A stretch of DNA of 64,000 nt, from assembly GCA_946965045.2 (NCBI GenBank), contig OX337237.1, positions 2,294,001-2,358,000 on the forward strand, read 5' to 3'. Shown piece by piece: positions 1-11,949 of this stretch. The DNA comes from Epithemia pelagica. Taxonomy: Eukaryota; Protista; Bacillariophyta. The notes below the pieces were generated by a model. The model saw nothing but the letters and a program-made list of their open reading frames with translations, had not been told where the DNA came from and made no database searches. How positions within the stretch are numbered: the first letter of the stretch is position 1; each line of letters starts with the position of its first letter. The position numbers and the translations under genes were made by a program.

Positions 1-2416
1 TTGCTGGGAGGTCTGCGTTTTCTGACTGCATCCTGCAATCCAAAATAGGCAGCTCCCTTGGCCATCTTACTTGTGGCCGCCCAAGCCTCCTCCTCTGTCG
101 GTGCCGTCTCCCTCAAATCATCTACATAGGGATGAACATCCGCCGCAATTTCACCATTGTCTCGAATTTTGCTGATCCAAGGTACACTTGGATCATAATC
201 GGCGTCTCCTGGTAATTTCAAGCGGACGTCCACCCAACCAAACACGTTGCTTGGGTCTAACCTGTCACCAAATGTAATTCTCTTTACTCTTTGCGCATTC
301 TGAGTGGCTTGATAGGGTGATGTGGTTAATCCCATGGCACATCGCGTCCATGCCTCCCACAGTCTCGTTCTTCCGAATCGGTTCTTTAACTCTTCTGGAA
401 ACAAGTCTGTGATATCTATGCCCGTGTAGTGTCTCAAGTCTGGATGTAACCAGAAATTAAGAAACATTTTGCCGAAATCATTGTCGGCTGACCATGTTCG
501 CGACTCTACAGTCCGTAACATGGAATTTACATTTCCAAGGCCAAACCACGGAGCGAACAAGGACGCATGCAATCCGCTTTTGGTTCCATCATATACCATA
601 CGGATGTCTTCCTCACCTTTTGGTACCGAGAAAAAACTCGTAAGTGATTTGATCCCATCCGTTGGTGCAATGTATCCCCGCGTCCTAACCTTGGTGAGCT
701 TCTTTTTCTCGAAAGCTCGTTGCTTCTCGTCTGGATTAGCCTGCTGTCTCATCGGTACGAAGGTGGCTTTCCAATCCACATCGGCTCTATGCCATCACGC
801 ATCTCGCGGAGCCATTGGGCATCGGGCATCCTCCAAAAGAATGGTGAGGATCCTTTGTCCCAATCCCACCATGATGCCTGAGAAGCGTGGATCAAAGCAC
901 TCAGACCCGCCTTGAGAGTTCGCTCTCTTAAATCATCATCGTCTCGAAATCGTTGAGATCGAAACCACAACCAAAACTCTGAGCAAACCAAACGCTTCCA
1001 ATATCTCAGAGCTCCTCGCCGGATGATCTCGAGGGCTTTGATACACTTTGCCTGTTTCTTCACATCTTGAATCTGCAACTTGCTGCAGATGCGATCGTCC
1101 CACAGGTAAGTAGGGATTTCTGCGTCATCCGATTTCGTCGCCTTCAAATTTCTATCCTCACGTCTCTCCTCAACATTCAATGAACCAACTCCTTCTTCGC
1201 TGTCAGGTGCGGCATACAAAGCATCTGCATCTGTCATTCGCAATCCTTCGGAGTCCAATTCATCCCGTTGAGAACTTTCGTTCCGATCCAACGTCCCATC
1301 CGCCTGATTTCCATCTACCTGTTCATCTTGTTCGTGATCACCACTCATCCATTCTCGCAAAGCTAGGGCAATCTGAACCCTCGCCTTGAATGGCACCACC
1401 AATTCATCAATCCAACAATTCAACTCTCGTTGTGAAGCCCTTTTGTGCAATTCCGCGGGAAAATCAAGGGCTATGGCCAGTTCTTGAGGAGCGAAACGAC
1501 GTCGAACATATGAGGTCATTGCAAAAACACTTGGCATCGTATGAACCCGATGTCTGTCCTTTTTCCAATTCATTTTCCGATCCATCACGTTCACGCCTTC
1601 CTTAGTGGGATCATAGTCCCTCGGCGCTGAGCATTCGCTCCCATTGATGGTTGGATCGACCACTCCGCTCATTGTTGTCCTTTCCAATCCTGGCTCCACA
1701 AAGTCCCTCCAACAATCTGCAAAACGACATGAACCTTCCTTTCCCACCACGCGCTCGGCCAAATGAATCAAACATTCCTGGGTGGTGACTCCGCCCAGCT
1801 CATTGTGCCGGAGACGAATTAGCGTCGTGTTCCACCCCGAACCTTCATCGCCATTGTACGGTCCTGCTCCTTTCCGTCCACCGATCCAACAAACCACTCG
1901 AACCGACTTCATCGTCCACACCGGATGACTAGGCCCGGGTGCTAATCCCCCATCGAAGAAGACAATATCCACTTCCGGACGGTTGTCCCAAGATTGCGGA
2001 ATTTTGAACATGATTCTCCTCTTCTTGGCTCCTCTGTTCTTGGTCAGTTTATCTTCCCGTGGTATCGCTAGCTTCGCCCAACTAGTTGATCCCGTCTCTC
2101 CGCTCGCTTCTTTCCCCTCTGGAGTGTCAATCCATCTTACTTCTCCCAACGATGACACTGCCCAAAACCAGAATGGGGTCCCACCACTCATCAGTCCGAT
2201 CTTACAATCTCCCCTGCCTTCTTTCAATCGCGAAATCTTTCGCTCCTCCACACCTGCAGGCGAGTGGCAAATCGACTGACTTTCTACATAACAATTAAAC
2301 TTTGTCGAGTTGAAACATCGCTCAACATCGCCATCTTCTCTTTTTCTTGCTTCTTCTTCCTTCATCTCCTCTGACCTCCTTTTTTGTCCTTTCTTGAGAC
2401 TCACAATTTCTTCATA
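1..2416 (-). pseudogene. Pol-like ORF2 (N-terminal domain, Trp-rich domain, reverse transcriptase); frameshift near 750; runs off window
   Basis: ORF 749..2404 (WWDWDKGSSPFFWRMP) shifts frame at about 750 into QQANPDEKQRAFEKKKLTKVRTRGYI...YVDD, which stays open to position 1. Confidence 0.75.
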
Positions 2417-4804
2417 TCATGCTTTCTTTCCGGCACCTTTGTTCGCAGACGCCACAGCGGAATTGACCGACCGCTGCAACTTCTCAATCTTGTCCTCCAA
2501 ACCTGATTTGAGAGCCGCAAACTTCGACCTCGGAGTGGCGAAACGAATCAAATGTTCGTGCAAGATTAACGCTATCTTTGGATGCCCGCTAAAGTCCGCT
2601 TGCCGGTATTCCTTCATGGTCTCATGCGCGCGTAACGTTCCCCACAACATTCCTGCTGGGGTATTCGTTGCACAGCCCGGAGCTCGGGCTTCTCGCAAGC
2701 TTCGAAAGATCGCTCGCACGCAATGCGAGATCAAGATCCATACCTCCTGGGAACTTGCCTCGCTCTCCGCCTGGACTTGCTGGTGATAACGCACGATTCA
2801 ATGGCAGAGATCGTCCCAAAACGTCTTGCTCTGCAACAACAATTCATGTGCCACACTCGCCGGCTCAGTCCCGAAAGCAAACAGGTCGCTGATTGCCTGT
2901 TCCAATGTTCGGCGCCTGTCCTTGACATGATCCAAGATGCGTTGGTGGATCCCTTCTCTGCCCGAGGGAGGATGGAAATCTTCAAACTTGGGTGCGCCAC
3001 CCAATGCTCGAGAATTCGTTGTTTGCGACTGGTCCGATCCTTTACCCAACAACGGCGGCACTTCAAGGTTGAAAGAAGCGATATAAGCCGTGTGGTAGGG
3101 GGTTTTGTCTCGCACTTTGGCCGTGGTCGCTCGCAAATTGGCGGCACGTTCCTCGTCAAGACTCACATCGGATGTCGCCAACGAGAGTAAAGAAACAGCA
3201 TCCACAAACACATGCGGATCAGCATTGACGTCGTGACGCGACATCCATGCAACGCAAGAGCTCCTCGTCGGGAAAACAATCGATCCAACAACAATTGCCT
3301 CTGTCTCGGCCTGTTCTTGAAGGTCCTTCAATTCAGTTCGTAACTCCTTGATCTCTTCCTTCATACGAGTAAACTCCTCTTGAATCCATGTCTGGTCCAC
3401 ACTCGTTGTCGATGCAGTACTCCTTGCGCCAGTAAAACTAACTGTGGCAGAGCCGCTGCTACCAGAGCAACCAGTCGTATTCCAACCAAACAAACCACCA
3501 CTGCCACCTGTTTGACCTGTCGACCCATGGCTCTTGGCTTGTTCCAACGCTTCCATTCTTGCCGTCAAGTCGGCCAACATCGCCGCCCATTTTCCACCTG
3601 GGTCACTGTTGTGACTTGAGGAACGCGACAATAACGAGAGTGTCGGATCGACAAACTGCTTTCTGAAATCGCTGCTGTCTCCAAAGAACTTGTCCAGACC
3701 CTCTTGCACCACTTGCTTTGCAGCAGCCAATGCTTGCTCAACCTTGACATCCACAGCGTTCAATCGTCCCAACACTTCTCTATCCACCTTGTTTTCCATC
3801 CGTTTCGACACAACGTCCTGCAATTCTCGAACCGTTGTCATGCAGTGAGTCAATACCTCAAATGCCGACTGAGTTCCAAACTCAGATGAGCGTTCACCCA
3901 ACAATGCATGAATAACCGAGAGCTTGACGTGGATCTGCTCGATATCATCATCCCATGATGCTTCGATCTGATCTCTCTCACGGCCCTCTTTCTCGTGTTC
4001 CACCCGTAACGTATTCACGTTTGAAACCAGGTTGCTCCAAGCTCCTCCTTGCAGAACTTTAACACTTGGAGTCGCTTGTTGATTCCCAATATCTTCTGGG
4101 ACATCCTTCCATGGAACCCCCGGTCGTCGCTTAATGGGTGTCTCCACTGCTCCGGCCTTAACATCTAGATCCTCCTCGTCGTCACTAGCAACCGCTTCTA
4201 CCATAGGCTCAAAAGCTCGCTTTGTTGAGCGCTTAGGGTTTGGCGTCATCGCCACGAACTTGACCTCCGCCTTGGTGTTTGCCATGACTTTTGTGACTGT
4301 AGAACGATCTACCCCATCACCCGACTCGGTCGCGGCATGCTTGAGGGACGCGAACGAGGCCTGCCAGCTCTCTAGGGATCGAGGGCTCAATTCCATTTCG
4401 TTCCAATCAATAGAACGAATGCAATGACCCGGGAGAACAGGTTGACAGAAGACAGAATCCGAAGCGTCGGAACCACTAGCCCCCCGAATAAAAATGCCCG
4501 AAAGGTCATCTCCAACCAACTTGGACCAATCATGCTTCTTGGCGGCATGCGAAGCCACCGAACACCCAACCCGAACACATACCCGCTGCCCTGCACCGAT
4601 TATGCCCCGACAAGACGCCTCAAAGGTATCTTGTTCGAGACGAACAACACCGAAGAGAGAACCCGAACGAAGGGTCCCCCCCCCCCCCCCCCCGGTCACA
4701 GAAACAGCAGACTCACCTGACGACCCCACAGAGGGCGAAGAATCCGGAGTACTTCCCCACTCAAACTTCATGACAAACGATGACAAGGATGAGGTGGATG
4801 GCAC
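2417..4804 (-). pseudogene. Gag-like ORF1 of the DIRS-like element, with one in-frame TGA
   Basis: ORFs 2798..4804 and 2417..2794 are in one frame, separated only by TGA at 2800-2798 (LCH*IVRYHQQ, probably W to stop). N-terminal Cys/His cluster (CRGIIGAGQRVCVRVGCSVASH) and coiled-coil segments. Confidence 0.65.
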
Positions 4805-5308
4805 GGTCGAACAGGGAGAACCGAAGCGAAAGAAGAATGTAAAGAACCGAACGGGTGATCAAATCCAACGGTGACCTTCACAAGTCTTCTTTCCAACAAT
4901 TTATGATTGTTGAAACTTTGTTGGGTCAGTCATACAATGACTGCCCCAACACAACTCAATTCTTCTTGGGAACTCTTTGGGAGCGATTGCTTGATCATCG
5001 TTCGTTCGTCGGTCCCTTCTTGACCGAGGCGGTACGATGCGTGTCTCGATTAGGCGGGACTTGAAATTTTCGGTTGGTACAAATACGTCGTGTCTACGAG
5101 TGCGAGACGTGTCTACAATACGAGAGTACTCGTGACTCGTGAGTACGGTACTGGTTTATTCGGATCTGACGGAGAAAGTTCGGGGCTACCTGATTCGGGA
5201 CACTGTGAAGGGAATGAGGCTTAATTATAACTTCTTGGAATACTTAACAAATCGGCATGATCGATGATTACCCAACCGGTCTGAAAAAGGTCGAAGACAG
5301 ATACCATA

Positions 5309-5512
5309 TGCGGTACCCGGACTCTGTCCCACCACGACTCCACGTAAACATGACTCGATAGGTCCCTAGTTGAATCTTTGACACCGACGTTCGCAGAATT
5401 CAGTCCGTCCTTGTCCCGTGTGCAGATGGCTTCTCTGGCCATCGCTCACTTTCCTAGCCTAATTCCTAAAGATTATAATTTTTACGTCCTACCATTATAC
5501 ATGGGTATGGCA
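5309..5512 (+). repeat. Gypsy 5' LTR
   Basis: TGCGGTACCC...GGGTATGGCA; 3 substitutions relative to the 3' LTR by manual comparison. Confidence 0.97.
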
Positions 5513-5644
5513 CTCTGATCAGATTCCTCAACGCCCTTGTTTTTCCTTCTTCACCATAACACGCCTCCGGCGGCCGACGTTTTTGCAATTCCTTTTGCCC
5601 GTCCTTTGATTCCTTTCCTTTTCTCACCATTGCATCTCTCCATC

Positions 5645-7188
5645 ATGGCAGACAACAACAATGGGTTCATCACCCTTGTCGATGCACTCCGCTTCCAACG
5701 TCGCGTTGATGAGGCTTTGTCCTCCGATTCCTTTTCCGCTCTCAAGCTCAAAGATGACGACGACAAGTACTACGCCAACCTCCTCCCATTTCGGGAGTCG
5801 ACGGATGAAGACCCTCGAGATCTCTTCCTTTGGGTCCTCCACTTCGTGGACAAGATCCGCATCTCCGGTCATCCGGATCCCTTCGCCGCTTGTTGCGAGT
5901 ATTTCCCTCGCTCGGTCACCAGCGCTATCGCCGATCCCTTTCTCGAAGCCTACAACGGTTTGCCTCCAGGCACCAATCTCGATGAAGCCTGCTTCCAAGG
6001 TCTGATTGCTGCGGTTTTCGCTCCCCTTGTCCTTGTCAGTGAAGTTAGTGCTTTCCGCACCTTCCTTCTTTCTGGGCCTCGAAAGCCCTCAGACATGACA
6101 GTGGACTCGCATCTGCAGTCCCTTTGCAAGTTTTCCAATGGTCTCAAGTACCTCAGCTCTGACGCTGCGATCGTCCCTCTCACAGAAGACGAAATCAAAC
6201 AAGCCTTCTACCAAGGCTCGCCCACTACGTGGCGCACAGAGTTCCAACAAGCCAATCCCTTGGTGCCGGACATTGTCAATCACTTTGACACGGCTGCTCT
6301 CTTGCAAGCAATGCGCGGATACCAGCGCGCCTCCAAGCAAAAGGCCCTACAACGTGAGCAACAGCAAAATCGTTCGCAGTCTTGTCAAGACCGCTCTCGT
6401 CCTCGCGACTCCAACAACAGCGGCAATCGCGATCGTCGCGTGCGCTCTCGCCAGTCTCACGGTGGACTCCGCGGTGGCAATCGTGATTCTTCACGTGGCG
6501 GAAATCGCCGTGGCGGCTCCGACCGTACCGACTCCTCCGGAGACACTCGTGGCGCCTCCGATGGCAACAACAACTCCGATCCTTGTCCGTATCGGACCAC
6601 GATGGATTCTCATCGCAACCATTCTTGGGCTGATTGCATTTATAATCCTACGGGTCGCAATTTTAATCAAAGCCTTTTCGACGTCATGGTCCAGCGCTCC
6701 AACCGTTCTACCGGTGGCAATGCCGGAAGCAATCCCCCTCAAGGTGGTTCCAATGGCAATAACAACCCGCGTGGTGGCTCTTCCGCTCCTCTGCGTTCCA
6801 CTTGGGGCTCTCGTCCTTCTGCCCCAGGTCGTGCAGTGATCAACACGCCTCTGACTCTGCTGGTGCCGGCAATGGATGGAATGCCGTTCCTGCCAATCCT
6901 CCTGCCGTAGCTCCTCCTCCAGGATGCGTTCCTACCATTCCTGTCGATGCCGAGGGAATCCAGCAGTGGAGCGATCTTCGCAATCCTGAAAAGACGGTCC
7001 CCGCAATGTCAGATCCAAACTGGCCCGCCAACGGCTATGCCGGCAGCGCAATCCATCCCGATGCACCCATCAACGAGGTCATCGACCAGTTCAACAAAAT
7101 TTATGGACGCGGCATGGACATTGGCCACATCTACGACCTGTCCACCCAAGGAGGTCTTGCTGCTTACTCCCGCGTCTCTATGTCGTGA
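5645..7188 (+). pseudogene. gag: Gypsy gag (one frameshift near 6835)
   Basis: ATG 5645 (MADNNNGF...). Capsid-like helical region, R/G/N-rich tail and Cys/His motif CPYRTTMDSHRNHSWADC. The coding-like frame continues as ORF 6802..7188. Confidence 0.75.
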
Positions 7189-10100
7189 TGACGCTTTTAT
7201 AAGCGAGGTGATTGATCCTAATAACGGTTACTTGGATAACCTAGAGTCTTATGATGAGTTCTACTCCCAATTTCCTTCATCTAGTGATGTTCATTCCTTA
7301 GATTCGCCTTCTCGGCCTGAATGCGTTCCACTCACCATCGTCATGGCTCGCCATATTGGCGGTGTTGAAAATACGCTTCCCTTGCGTGCCCTGCTCGATT
7401 CAGGCGCTGACAAGACGATTCTTCATTCACGCTGCCTTCAACCGGGCATGATACCGCGGTCTACCGACCGTTCCGTGAACACGACCATGGGAACTCGTTC
7501 GGTGTGTCCGAAATTCTCCTGGAAGACATTGTTCCCCCAGAGTTCTCACGAACCAAACACGTAACCTATCCCTTATGGGTCGACATCTATGATGCTCCCA
7601 ACAGTCGCTATGATATCATCATCGGTCGCGATTTGCTTCGCCGTCTGGGCGTCCTTCTTGATTTCGATCGTGGGATCTCCTCGTGGGACTCCATTGAAGT
7701 CGCCATGCGCGACCGCGATTCATTCGCGACTGAACACGAGTTCGTCTCCCATTTCATCGATCTCTTCGCAGATGATGACGTCCTCGGTGACGATTACCTG
7801 CTCGATTCAAATAACAAACAGGCAGATCTCGATGAGCTTCTCGCTCACCAGACTCATCTGACGCCCTCACAACAACAAGATCTTCTTGGTGTGTGGCTGA
7901 AATGCGGGCGCATCTTTGATGGCGTCCTGCGTGCCTATCCAGACAAAGAGCTGCATCTCGATCTCATGCCCGATGCCAAACCGGCTCATCATCGTCATTA
8001 TGCGGTCCCTCGCAATATCCATGACACCTTTAAAAAGGAATTGTTTCGGTTTGTCGATATCGGCATTCTCGAACGAGTTGGTTCCACTGAGTGGGCCGCT
8101 CCTCATTTCGCCATTCCTAAAAAGGATGGACGGATCCGAATGATCTCGGACTTTCGTTCGCTTAATGCACAAATGTATCGCCGCGTCTATCCCTTTCCAA
8201 GGATCGAAGATATCCTTCGACGACGCAAAGGCTACAAGTATTTCACAAAACTTGACATCTCTATGTGTTTTCACACTTTCAAACTCGACAAGTTTTCCAG
8301 CAATCTTTGCGTTATCACTACGCCTTTTGGCAAGTTTCGCTATCGTCGTCTCCCTATGGGAGTCAAACAATCCCCAGACTTCTGTCAGGAGCTCATGGAA
8401 GAAGTCCTCGCTGACTTTCGCGATCACGTCAAAGTCTACATCGACGATATCGGCATTGGGAAGAACATGTCGAGATTCTCAACAAAGTCCTCCAACGTCT
8501 TCAAGACAAGAACTTTTCAATCACTCCTCACAAATGTGAATGGGCCGTGCAGGAAACCGACTTCCTTGGCCATTGGCTCACGCCTACAGGTCTACGACCA
8601 TGGAAGAACAAGATTTCCGCGATTCTGGCTTTATCGCCTCCTCGCACCATGAAAGAACTACGTTCCTTCATTGGCATGGTTAATTTCTATCGTCACATGT
8701 ATCCTCAGCGATCCCATCACTTAGCTCCGCTAACAGCCTTGACCGGCAAGAAGACCTTTGAATGGTCCCCGCAATGTCAGACAGCCTTTGACAACGTCAA
8801 AGCCATGCTTGCGCATGATGCGTTCATCCGCTATCCCGATCACAACATTCCTTTCCACGTCTATGTGGACGCGTCTGACTATCAGCTCGGCGCTGTTATC
8901 ATGCAGGAAAACATCCCTGTCGCGTATTTCTCACGCAAGCTCAACCCCGCTCAGCGGAATTACACCACTATGGAAAAGGAGTTACTCTCCATCGTCGAAA
9001 CCCTCAAGGAGTTCCGCTCCATGTTGCTTGGCTCTGCCGCCTTGCACATTCATACCGATCACAAAAATCTCACCTATGCCACTCTCAACTCCCAACGAGT
9101 CCTTCGTTGGCGTCTCTTTCTCGAAGAATACAATCCCATCTTTCATTATATTCCTGGCCAGGATAACATCATCGCCGACGCGTTGTCGCGTCTCCCTCTT
9201 TCAGAAGAGGAGGAGAAGAGTGTCCCTTCCAAGGTCCCTTCCCACGGTCCCTCGTCTGGACCTTCCCACGGTCCCTCGTCTGGACCACGATCCCTTTTCG
9301 ATCATAGCGGCAAACACTCCGTGTTTCAGGTTCCTCGTGCACCTAATGATGAACCCCGCTTAGCGTCTCGTGACGCGGATTCTCATGAATCCCCTATTTT
9401 CATGGACAAAGAGTTGATCGATGTGTATCTTAATCATCCCGCCATTACGGCCAACCAACCCCTACCGGTTGACTATGCTACGATATTTCAGCATCAACAA
9501 AACGATGCCGCCTTAATGGCGTTGGTCCAATCCAAACCTGACTATTATCATTTGCAACCCTTTCCTACGGAAAACCCACAACACAACCTTGTCTGTTATC
9601 GACAATTGGTTAATGCCCTCTGGCGCATTCGTATTCCTGACTCGCTTCTCGCGCATACAGTCAACTGGTATCATCTCGTGCTTAACCACGCTGGTTCCAC
9701 GCGACTCCGCGATACTATCGCCATGCACATGACGCATCCCCAATTGGGACTCTACTGCGATCAAGCTGTTTCCAGCTGTCCGACCTGTCAACGGTCGAAG
9801 GTCGTTCATCGACATTACAGAGAATTGCCTCCTCGTGAGGTCCGTGGTAATCCCTGGTCCGACATTGCCGTCGATCTTATCGGCCCCTGGACAGTCAAAG
9901 TCCATGGCATGGCCCTGACCTTTCAGGCTCTGACGGTCATTGACACTGTCACCAATTTTTGCGAGATCATCCGCATATCGATAAAACCGCTCGACATGTT
10001 GGTCTCCAACTCGAGAATTCATGGCTTTCACGCTATCCTCGCCCGGTTCGTTGTCTTTTCGATCAAGGCGGCGAGTTCATCGGCCATGCGTTTACGCAAG

Positions 10101-10642
10101 TGCTTCGCAATCATGGCGTCAAGCCAGTGCTCCTAACGGCCAAAAATCCACAATCCAATGCCCTATGTGAACGTCTTCATCTAACGATTGGCAATTCGTT
10201 ACGCGCTATCGTTAACTACGAGCCGCCGCAAGACATTGATCAGGCCGCTCTCATGGTCGACACTGCTCTGCAAACCGCTGCATACTCTGCACGCACTGCC
10301 ATTCAGGGCAGCCTCAAACATTCTCCCGGCAGTCTTGCGTTCCACCGCGACATGCTGTTTGACATTCCCATCCTTGCGGACATGGAATTGATTCGTCAAA
10401 AGCGACAAATCATCGTTGACGAACGAGCTCGACTCGCAAATTGCTCTCGCGTCTTTCATGACTACAAGATTGGAGACCGCGTGCTCATCCGCGCTACCAA
10501 TCCGGACAAATTGGCACTTCGTACCAGTCCCAATCCTTTCACTATCACGCGTGTCCATTCCAATGGCACCGTGACCATTCAACGTGGTCCCCACGTCACC
10601 GAGCGCATCAATATTCGGCGTCTCATCCCTTACCGTGTGTGA
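7187..10642 (+). pseudogene. pol: Gypsy pol (protease, RT, RNase H, integrase), broken by frameshifts at about 7505, 8455 and 9975
   Basis: LLDSGA (PR); FAIPKKDG, FTKLDIS and YIDDI (RT); DASDYQLG, ELLS, TDHKNL and ADALSR (RH); H-H-CxxC, AVDLIGP, FDQGGEF and CERLH (INT). Confidence 0.95.
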
Positions 10643-10715
10643 CATGGGTTTTACTGCCGTTGGCCTCTGGCCATCAAGCTTTCCCATGGCCCGCTCGAAC
10701 TTCCTAGGTCCGACC

Positions 10716-10729
10716 AGGGAGAGGTAGAG
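10716..10729 (+). other. Gypsy polypurine tract
   Basis: AGGGAGAGGTAGAG abuts the 3' LTR. Confidence 0.85.
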
Positions 10730-10933
10730 TGCGGTACCCGGACTCTGTCCCGCCACGACCCCACGTAAACATGACTCGATAGGTCCCTAGTTGAATCTTT
10801 GACACCGACGTTCGCAGAATTGAGTCCGTCCTTGTCCCGTGTGCAGATGGCTTCTCTGGCCATCGCTCACTTTCCTAGCCTAATTCCTAAAGATTATAAT
10901 TTTTACGTCCTACCATTATACATGGGTATGGCA
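10730..10933 (+). repeat. Gypsy 3' LTR
   Basis: Direct repeat of 5309-5512, preceded by a purine tract and followed by the TSD. Confidence 0.97.
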
Positions 10934-11949
10934 CCATACTCGTACTGGTACGAGTAACTCGGATGGGGAAAAAGACTCAAGCCCTCAAGGCTCAAGGAGG
11001 CTAGCTGAAGCTGCGTAATCGTGGACCACCAAACACAAACCACATGGGTGGATGATGTCCACACAATATCTTCGTACAAGCCACAGCTCCAACAAGAGTA
11101 TCGTTCACAGACAACCAGTGAAACGAAACGTAACACTATCTTTAGGAGAGCGAATCGATGTGACTCGTCAATGTAGTTGTTGTAAGTATGGCGTTATACC
11201 ACGACATCAAGTCCAGACAGGTTTGATTTGGAGCAGTTGGCGAATAACCACTCATGGTCATTTAGTAGAGATTCGTTCCTGCGTGATCTGTGTCCAATTG
11301 TCGCCCCTGGTCTCAGAGCTTGTGGCTTGTGGGTAGTAATTTCTGTTCCATTTTGTTTTCGTATGGTTCAACTTTCCGACCCTCTGTAATTTCTTCTCAT
11401 GCTTGAGCATTGAGCATCATCGTCCTCTCAAATGTTTCGTCGGATTCTCATACGAGAATTCCCCGGTGTGGCTGTTTACTTAAGCCTTTGTCGTCAGTTC
11501 TGGTAGGGTGCGACTTACAACATATTAACGGAGTAGATTACATAGTCGTACCTTACAAGGTACAGTATAATATTTCGACCCTGGTCCGTCGAAGGCGGAT
11601 GCAGCTTCGCGTTCAGTCGTCGCATTTTGCTGAGGAGTACGAGTACATGATGAAGTACTTATCCGAAGGTATAAAGTGTAAAACAGTTCATTCCCGTACT
11701 CCTTTGCCCGATCTCTTCTTTTGAACAAAAGAGTCGGGCGAGCCTGCGCGTACGGCGCACCCCTGCAAATATGAATCCGAAGCATACCTACCTAGGTAGA
11801 ACCCAACGCATCAAGGGTCGAATCTACAAACAAGAAAACGTAAACGAAGATGAAACAAGACATCATGAGGACAATGGGCACCCGCCTTCTACTAGTAAGA
11901 CCACTAGAATGGGAAAGCTAATTTACAAAAAAAATCTATCATTCTGCCC

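Larger units (their letters stand above)
1..5060 (-). mobile_element. Decayed retroelement, probably DIRS/Ngaro-like (tyrosine-recombinase class); truncated by the left window edge, 5' boundary approximate
   Basis: A gag-like ORF1 is followed in the same frame by a pol-like ORF whose continuation (about 740 to <1) encodes RT motifs (FFSVPKGEEDIRMVYDGTKSGL, DNDFGKMFLNF, AMGLTTSPY, HPYVDD at 117-128). No LTR or TSD is seen. The YR domain would lie beyond the window, so class assignment is inferred. Confidence 0.6.
5309..10933 (+). mobile_element. Full-length Ty3/Gypsy LTR retrotransposon, coding region frameshifted
   Basis: Two 204-bp TG...CA LTRs, 5-bp TSD CCATA (5304-5308 and 10934-10938), PPT, and domain order gag-PR-RT-RH-INT. 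Confidence 0.97.
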
